NCBI GenBank assembly: GCA_947253875.1
Contig: CAMYAM010000006.1
Coordinates: forward strand, 34,604-98,603
Source of the DNA: an uncultured Fastidiosipila sp.
GTDB taxonomy: Bacteria > Bacillota > Clostridia > Saccharofermentanales > Fastidiosipilaceae
Direction of reading: 5' to 3'
DNA length: 64,000 nucleotides
Every line of letters begins with the position of its first letter. Position 1 is the first letter of the stretch. The position numbers and the translations under genes are program-made. The notes below the pieces were generated by a model. The model was not told where the DNA came from. It worked only from the letters and a program-made list of their open reading frames with translations, and did not search any database. Positions 58,896 through 64,000 of the stretch are shown in pieces.

Positions 58896-60092
58896 ATGTC
58901 TAGCAAATTTAATTTTGATGAGCTTGTAGATAGAAGAGGTACTACAGCTTCTAAATGGAATATTAATGAAGGTGAATTGCCAATGTGGGTTGCGGATATG
59001 GACTTCAAGGCAGCCCCAGTAGTAATTGAAACTATGCAAAAAATTGTCGATCACGGAATTTTTGGTTATGATTACGTTCCAAAAAGCTTTTATGAATCAG
59101 TTCAAGATTGGTTAAAGCGTAAACATAATGTTGATGTAGAAACTTGGGAAATAATATACACCGATGGTGTTATACCTGCTATACGCTCTTCTTTACGTGC
59201 TTTGACAAATGAAGGCGATGGAGTGGTAATGTTTACTCCAACTTATAATAATTTTTATACTTCAATTTTTTACAATAATTTAGAATTAGTAGATTGCCCA
59301 TTAGATTACAAAGAGGGTGTTTATACTATTAATTGGGAGAAATTGGAAGACGCTTTGTCAAAAGATGAGAACAAGATTTTCTTATTCTGTAATCCACAAA
59401 ACCCAATTGGTATGAACTACAATCTTGATGATTTAGAGAGAATTGCTAAACTTTGCAAAAAACATGACGTTTATATGTTCTGTGATGAAATTCATGCTGA
59501 CCTTATCCATCCGGGAGAAGAACATTTCTCAGCAAGCAATGTTGCTTTAGACGCTCAAGATAATTTATTAGTATTTAATTCTGTAACGAAGTCATTCAAT
59601 TTGGCTGGTATGAAAGCTGCTTATGTTATCTGTAGAAATCAAGATCTAAAAGCTAAATTGGAAAGAAGATTTGAACAGGATAAAGCTATGGAGATTAACT
59701 CCTTTGGTGTAAAAGTTAGTGAAGCTTGTTACAGTAAGGAAGGTGAAGAGTGGTTGGATGCCTTGAATGAATACTTGGCAGAAAACAGAAAACTTCTAGA
59801 AACTAGATTGACAGAGGCTTTACCAGACTTAGTATTTAGTCCGGCTAATGCTACGTATCTAGCTTGGATTAATACATCTAATTACGCACAAGATAGTAAA
59901 CATATGGCTGATTTCATGAGATATAAAACAGGTCTATTTGTTCAAGCTGGTGAGATTTATGGTCAATCTGGTTACAAATTTATTCGTTGGAACTATGCTT
60001 GTCCAAGAGAAATGCTGGAAGATGGAATTAATAGATTTATTGAAGGCATGAAAGAATACCAAGAATTAGGAATCAGCTACGTAATGGAATAA
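58896..60092 (+). CDS. PatB/MalY-family PLP-dependent C-S lyase (cystathionine beta-lyase-like)
   Basis: DRRGTTASKW…WVADMDF near the N-terminus and SVTKSFNLAGMK (PLP lysine) are typical of MalY/PatB. Confidence 0.8.
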   Translation: MSSKFNFDELVDRRGTTASKWNINEGELPMWVADMDFKAAPVVIETMQKIVDHGIFGYDYVPKSFYESVQDWLKRKHNVDVETWEIIYTDGVIPAIRSSLRALTNEGDGVVMFTPTYNNFYTSIFYNNLELVDCPLDYKEGVYTINWEKLEDALSKDENKIFLFCNPQNPIGMNYNLDDLERIAKLCKKHDVYMFCDEIHADLIHPGEEHFSASNVALDAQDNLLVFNSVTKSFNLAGMKAAYVICRNQDLKAKLERRFEQDKAMEINSFGVKVSEACYSKEGEEWLDALNEYLAENRKLLETRLTEALPDLVFSPANATYLAWINTSNYAQDSKHMADFMRYKTGLFVQAGEIYGQSGYKFIRWNYACPREMLEDGINRFIEGMKEYQELGISYVME

Positions 60093-60146
60093 TAAAATCT
60101 TCTTAAAATCTAAGTATGATTATAAAATGATTTATTGAAAATTAAA

Positions 60147-60190
60147 TAATCCCTTTTTCAGCTTTAGAAAAAGGGATTATTTTTATTGTA
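60147..60190 (+). terminator. Host terminator hairpin immediately before the ICE end
   Basis: aataatccctttttcagctttagaaaaagggattatt followed by tttatt. Confidence 0.65.
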
Positions 60191-60428
60191 AAAATAGCAT
60201 AAAAATCTAGTTATCCGCATAAAAACTGGACTTATCACACTTTATCAAGGTCAAAACCACTCAATTTACTACTAATTTACTACTTATGAATGAGCTTTGA
60301 TACGACGATTTATCCTTGAAAAGTGAAGATATAAAGATACTTCCAATAAAATTTGAATATTTAATAGGTAGACACTTCAAAAAATGAGGTGTCTATTTTT
60401 TTACCCGATTTTGAAAGGAAGTGAACTT

Positions 60429-60503
60429 ATGAAAACAAAAAATCAAGAATCAAAAGGTCGTTCCCCACTCTTTAAGACCATCAAACATTCATTCAGCCAA
60501 TAA
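60429..60503 (+). CDS. Tn916 orf24-like small ORF (24 aa)
   Basis: MKTKNQESKGRSPLFKTIKHSFSQ with a strong RBS gaaaggaag. Too short for the ORF track. Confidence 0.4.
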   Translation: MKTKNQESKGRSPLFKTIKHSFSQ

Positions 60504-60525
60504 AAAAGAAAGGATAGGTAAAAAT

Positions 60526-60840
60526 ATGGAACTTAAATTTGTGATTCCCAACATGGAAAAAACATTCGGCAATTTAGAATTTGCTGGCGAGGATAAAGTC
60601 GTTCAGCGAAGAATCAACGGACGGCTAACTGTCTTATCAAGAAGCTATAATCTCTATTCTGATGTTCAAAGAGCAGATGATATTGTGGTGGTGCTTCCTG
60701 CTGAAGCTGGCGAAAAACATTTCGGCTTTGAGGAACGTGTGAAGTTAGTCAATCCACGTATTACCGCAGAGGGCTACAAAATCGGCACTCGTGGTTTTAC
60801 AAATTACCTTTTACATGCTGACGACATGATAAAAGAATAA
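60526..60840 (+). CDS. Tn916 orf23-like protein (104 aa)
   Basis: Position and size match Tn916 orf23. RBS aaaggatagg. Confidence 0.65.
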   Translation: MELKFVIPNMEKTFGNLEFAGEDKVVQRRINGRLTVLSRSYNLYSDVQRADDIVVVLPAEAGEKHFGFEERVKLVNPRITAEGYKIGTRGFTNYLLHADDMIKE

Positions 60841-60855
60841 AGAAAGAGAGGAAAA

Positions 60856-61242
60856 ATGATGAGATTAGCAAATGGCATTGTATTAGATAAAGACACGACT
60901 TTTGGAGAATTGAAATTCTCTGCTCTACGTCGTGAAGTGAGAATCCAAAATGAAGACGGGTCGGTTTCAGATGAAATCAAGGAACGTACCTATGACTTAA
61001 AATCCAAAGGACAAGGACGCATGATTCAAGTAAGTATTCCTGCCAGCGTGCCTTTGAAAGAGTTTGATTATAACGCACGGGTGGAACTTATCAATCCCAT
61101 TGCGGACACCGTTGCTACTGCCACCTATCAAGGAGCAGATGTTGACTGGTATATCAAGGCAGACGATATTGTGCTGACAAAGGATTCTAGTTCATTCAAA
61201 GCTCAACCACAAGCAAAGAAAGAACCGACACAAGACAAATAG
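60856..61242 (+). CDS. Tn916 orf22-like protein (128 aa)
   Basis: Position and size match Tn916 orf22. Paralogous in fold to orf23 (…VELINP…/…VKLVNP…). Confidence 0.65.
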   Translation: MMRLANGIVLDKDTTFGELKFSALRREVRIQNEDGSVSDEIKERTYDLKSKGQGRMIQVSIPASVPLKEFDYNARVELINPIADTVATATYQGADVDWYIKADDIVLTKDSSSFKAQPQAKKEPTQDK

Positions 61243-61270
61243 TCGCTAGGTAGAAAGGAGACTTTTTCGC

Positions 61271-62656
61271 ATGAAACAGCGTGGTAAAAGGATTCGCCCA
61301 TCTGGTAAAGATTTAGTCTTTCATTTTACGATAGCGTCACTCCTGCCTGTTTTCCTGCTGGTTGTCGGACTGTTTCATGTGAAGACAATCCAGCAGATCA
61401 ACTGGCAGGATTTTAACCTATCACAAGCAGATAAGATTGACATTCCCTATTTAATTATCAGTTTCAGTGTCGCAATTCTTATCTGCTTGCTGGTAGCGTT
61501 TGTATTCAAACGGGTTCGCTATGATACGGTTAAACAACTTTACCACCGTCAAAAACTGGCAAAGATGATACTTGAAAACAAGTGGTATGAATCTGAACAG
61601 GTCAAAACAGAGGGTTTCTTTAAAGATAGTGCTGGTCGTACAAAGGAAAAGATAACCTACTTCCCTAAAATGTATTATCGACTTAAAAATGGCTTGATAC
61701 AGATACGGGTGGAAATCACGCTGGGAAAATATCAAGACCAACTCTTACACTTGGAAAAGAAATTAGAGAGTGGCTTGTACTGTGAGCTGACGGATAAAGA
61801 GTTAAAGGATTCCTATGTGGAATATACTTTGCTCTATGACACCATAGCCAGTCGTATTTCTATTGATGAAGTAGAAGCTAAAGATGGTAAACTTCGCTTA
61901 ATGAAAAACGTATGGTGGGAATATGATAAGCTCCCTCATATGTTGATTGCTGGTGGTACAGGTGGCGGTAAAACTTACTTTATACTGACACTGATTGAAG
62001 CCTTGCTTCATACAGATTCAAAACTGTATATTCTTGACCCGAAAAATGCTGATCTTGCGGACTTAGGTTCTGTGATGGCAAATGTCTACTATAGAAAAGA
62101 AGACTTGCTTTCTTGCATTGAAACATTCTATGAAGAAATGATGAAACGTAGTGAGGAAATGAAGCAGATGAAGAACTATAAGACTGGCAAAAATTATGCT
62201 TACTTAGGTCTCCCGGCACACTTCTTAATCTTTGATGAATACGTCGCTTTCATGGAAATGCTGGGAACAAAAGAAAACACCGCAGTTATGAATAAGCTGA
62301 AACAGATTGTCATGTTAGGTCGTCAAGCTGGCTTCTTTCTAATACTGGCTTGTCAACGTCCAGACGCAAAATATTTAGGCGACGGAATCCGTGACCAGTT
62401 TAATTTCAGAGTGGCACTTGGAAGAATGTCTGAAATGGGCTATGGCATGATGTTTGGCAGTGATGTACAAAAAGATTTCTTCTTAAAACAAATCAAAGGT
62501 CGTGGCTATGTTGATGTGGGAACAAGTGTCATATCAGAATTTTACACTCCCTTAGTACCAAAAGGTCATGACTTTTTGGAGGAAATAAAAAAACTAACCA
62601 ACAGCAGACAGTCCACGCAGGCGACGTGCGAAGCGAAAGTCGCAGGTGTGGACTGA
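61271..62656 (+). CDS. FtsK/SpoIIIE-family DNA translocase (Tn916 orf21-like coupling protein)
   Basis: Two N-terminal TM helices. Walker A AGGTGGGKT, Walker B FLIFDEY. RBS aaaggagac. Confidence 0.8.
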   Translation: MKQRGKRIRPSGKDLVFHFTIASLLPVFLLVVGLFHVKTIQQINWQDFNLSQADKIDIPYLIISFSVAILICLLVAFVFKRVRYDTVKQLYHRQKLAKMILENKWYESEQVKTEGFFKDSAGRTKEKITYFPKMYYRLKNGLIQIRVEITLGKYQDQLLHLEKKLESGLYCELTDKELKDSYVEYTLLYDTIASRISIDEVEAKDGKLRLMKNVWWEYDKLPHMLIAGGTGGGKTYFILTLIEALLHTDSKLYILDPKNADLADLGSVMANVYYRKEDLLSCIETFYEEMMKRSEEMKQMKNYKTGKNYAYLGLPAHFLIFDEYVAFMEMLGTKENTAVMNKLKQIVMLGRQAGFFLILACQRPDAKYLGDGIRDQFNFRVALGRMSEMGYGMMFGSDVQKDFFLKQIKGRGYVDVGTSVISEFYTPLVPKGHDFLEEIKKLTNSRQSTQATCEAKVAGVD

Positions 62657-62705
62657 TCTTGCTGGCTGGTGTGGCGATAGCCACGCCAGCACCTAACCCC
62701 CCGTA
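62650..62705. other. oriT-like GC-rich imperfect inverted repeat between orf21-like and orf20-like genes
   Basis: ggctggtgtggcgatagccacgccagcacc. Tn916 oriT is known to lie in the orf20-orf21 intergenic region. Confidence 0.5.
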
Positions 62706-62846
62706 TCTAACAGGGGGGTACAAATCGACAGGAAACAGTCAAAAAAATAGCAGAAAATTCTTTGGTTACAAGGAGTTTAGAAAATTTCGTGGTATGTCAA
62801 ATGAGCTTCAATAGTTGACATACCTTTTTTAATTGGAGGGATTTAA

Positions 62847-64000
62847 CTGAATGAACAAACTTTGATACAGCATTTAAAGGAAAAACGGTTGGCTTATGGG
62901 CTATCTCAAAACCGACTGGCTATTGCTACAGGCATTACAAGGCAATATCTTAGCGACATTGAAACTGGCAAGGTTAAGCCATCAGACGAGTTGCAACAAT
63001 CCCTTTGGGAAACTCTGGAACGCTTCAATCCCGATGCCCCACTTGAAATGCTCTTTGACTATGTAAGGATTCGCTTTCCCACAATGGACGTACAGCATGT
63101 GGTTGAAGAAATATTGCAATTGAAACTTTCCTATTTTCTTCATGAAGACTATGGCTTTTATTCTTATTCAGAACATTATGCCTTAGGCGATATATTCGTT
63201 CTCTGCTCTCATGAGATAGACAAAGGTGTTCTGGTGGAATTAAAAGGTCGTGGGTGCAGACAATTTGAAAGCTATCTTCTAGCACAACAAAGAAGCTGGT
63301 ATGAGTTCTTTATGGACGCTTTGGTGGCTGGTGGCGTGATGAAACGCCTTGACCTTGCCATCAACGATAAAACAGGGATTTTGAATATTCCCACACTGAC
63401 GGAAAAATGCCTACAGGAAGAGTGTATTTCGGTGTTCCGCAGTTTCAAGAGCTATCGCAGTGGCGAACTGGTACGCAAAGATGAAAAGGAATGTATGGGA
63501 AACACGCTTTATATCGGTTCATTACAAAGCGAAGTCTATTTCTGTATCTATGAAAAGGACTATGAGCAGTACAAGAAAAATGATATTCCCATTGAAGACG
63601 CAGAGGTTAAAAACCGTTTTGAAATCCGACTAAAAAATGAGCGTGCCTATTATGCAGTACGTGATTTACTTGTCTATGATAATCCAGAGCATACAGCTTT
63701 TAAGATTATCAATCGGTATATCCGCTTTGTGGATAAGGACGATTCAAAAGCACGTTCCGATTGGAAACTCAATGAAGAATGGGCATGGTTTATTGGAAAC
63801 AATCGTGAACGATTAAAGCTAACCACAAAACCAGAGCCTTACTCTTTCCAAAGGACACTAAACTGGCTATCTCATCAAGTCGCCCCGACCTTAAAGGTTG
63901 CTATTACACTTGATGAAATTAACCAGACGCAGGTTGTGAAAGACATTCTCGACCATGCGAAACTGACAGACCGACACAAGCAGATTTTAAAGCAACAGTC
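62847..64000 (+). CDS. Tn916 orf20-like relaxase with N-terminal XRE-HTH (partial; runs off window)
   Basis: Continuous open frame from 62847 to the window end encoding (L/M)NEQTLIQHLKEKRLAYGLSQNRLAIATGITRQYLSDIETG… There is no in-frame ATG, and the ATG at 62851 hits TGA after 4 codons. GGAGGG sits 6 nt before CTG 62847. Confidence 0.65.
   Translation, partial: MNEQTLIQHLKEKRLAYGLSQNRLAIATGITRQYLSDIETGKVKPSDELQQSLWETLERFNPDAPLEMLFDYVRIRFPTMDVQHVVEEILQLKLSYFLHEDYGFYSYSEHYALGDIFVLCSHEIDKGVLVELKGRGCRQFESYLLAQQRSWYEFFMDALVAGGVMKRLDLAINDKTGILNIPTLTEKCLQEECISVFRSFKSYRSGELVRKDEKECMGNTLYIGSLQSEVYFCIYEKDYEQYKKNDIPIEDAEVKNRFEIRLKNERAYYAVRDLLVYDNPEHTAFKIINRYIRFVDKDDSKARSDWKLNEEWAWFIGNNRERLKLTTKPEPYSFQRTLNWLSHQVAPTLKVAITLDEINQTQVVKDILDHAKLTDRHKQILKQQ

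Larger units (their letters stand above)
60195..64000 (+). mobile_element. Left portion of a Tn916-family ICE (continues beyond window)
   Basis: Terminal segment taaaaatagcataaaaatctagttatccgcataaaaactggacttatcacactttatcaaggtcaaaaccactcaatttactactaatttactac… matches my recollection of the Tn916 end. Gene order is orf24/23/22-like small genes, an FtsK-like orf21, an oriT-like IR, then an orf20-like relaxase. G+C is visibly higher than in the flanking host DNA. The boundary is good to about ±15 bp. Confidence 0.8.

Overview
The window is a low-GC, Lactobacillales-like chromosomal segment followed by the start of an integrative conjugative element (ICE).

- **Nucleobase salvage (1.1-5.4 kb):** cytosine permease and cytosine deaminase (codBA), then an overlapping, convergently oriented pair. 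The pair is a degenerate HPRT-like phosphoribosyltransferase and a degenerate-P-loop kinase-like protein with a Vsr/DUF559-like C-terminal domain.
- **Glycan-utilisation genes:** a giant signal-less GH2 beta-galactosidase, a GH31 enzyme, a GH29 fucosidase, and an orphan PTS EIIC.
- **Second deaminase cluster (19.6-23.1 kb):** a second CodA-family amidohydrolase bracketed by two paralogous EamA transporters.
- **Ribosome-targeting fusion (23.7-26.4 kb):** a 904-aa EF-G/TetM-like translational GTPase fused C-terminally to a YacP/Rae1-type NYN ribonuclease domain. It lies directly upstream of the CRISPR locus. This is the candidate I consider most novel.
- **CRISPR-Cas (26.4-34.0 kb):** a complete type II-A locus. 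It has a divergent predicted tracrRNA with its own promoter and terminator, then cas9-cas1-cas2-csn2, a leader, and an array of 17 full repeats plus a degenerate terminal repeat. The array contains an aberrant repeat-spacer scar.
- **Downstream of the array:** an ABC exporter; an operon of an acyl-ACP thioesterase plus three tandem FadD/ACSL-like ligase paralogues; an NfeD/SPFH pair; a PAP2 phosphatase; an HTH-DUF4097 protein; a YjgR/DUF853 HerA-like ATPase; leucyl aminopeptidase (pepA); an LD-carboxypeptidase; a ClC channel; hemolysin-III; a LacI regulator; and PatB.
- **Mobile element (from ~60.2 kb):** the GC-richer left end of a Tn916-family ICE. It carries orf24/23/22-like small genes, an FtsK-like gene, an oriT-like inverted repeat, and an orf20-like relaxase that appears to start at CTG.

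All functional calls are from reading the translated ORFs and DNA motifs by eye. No database search was possible.
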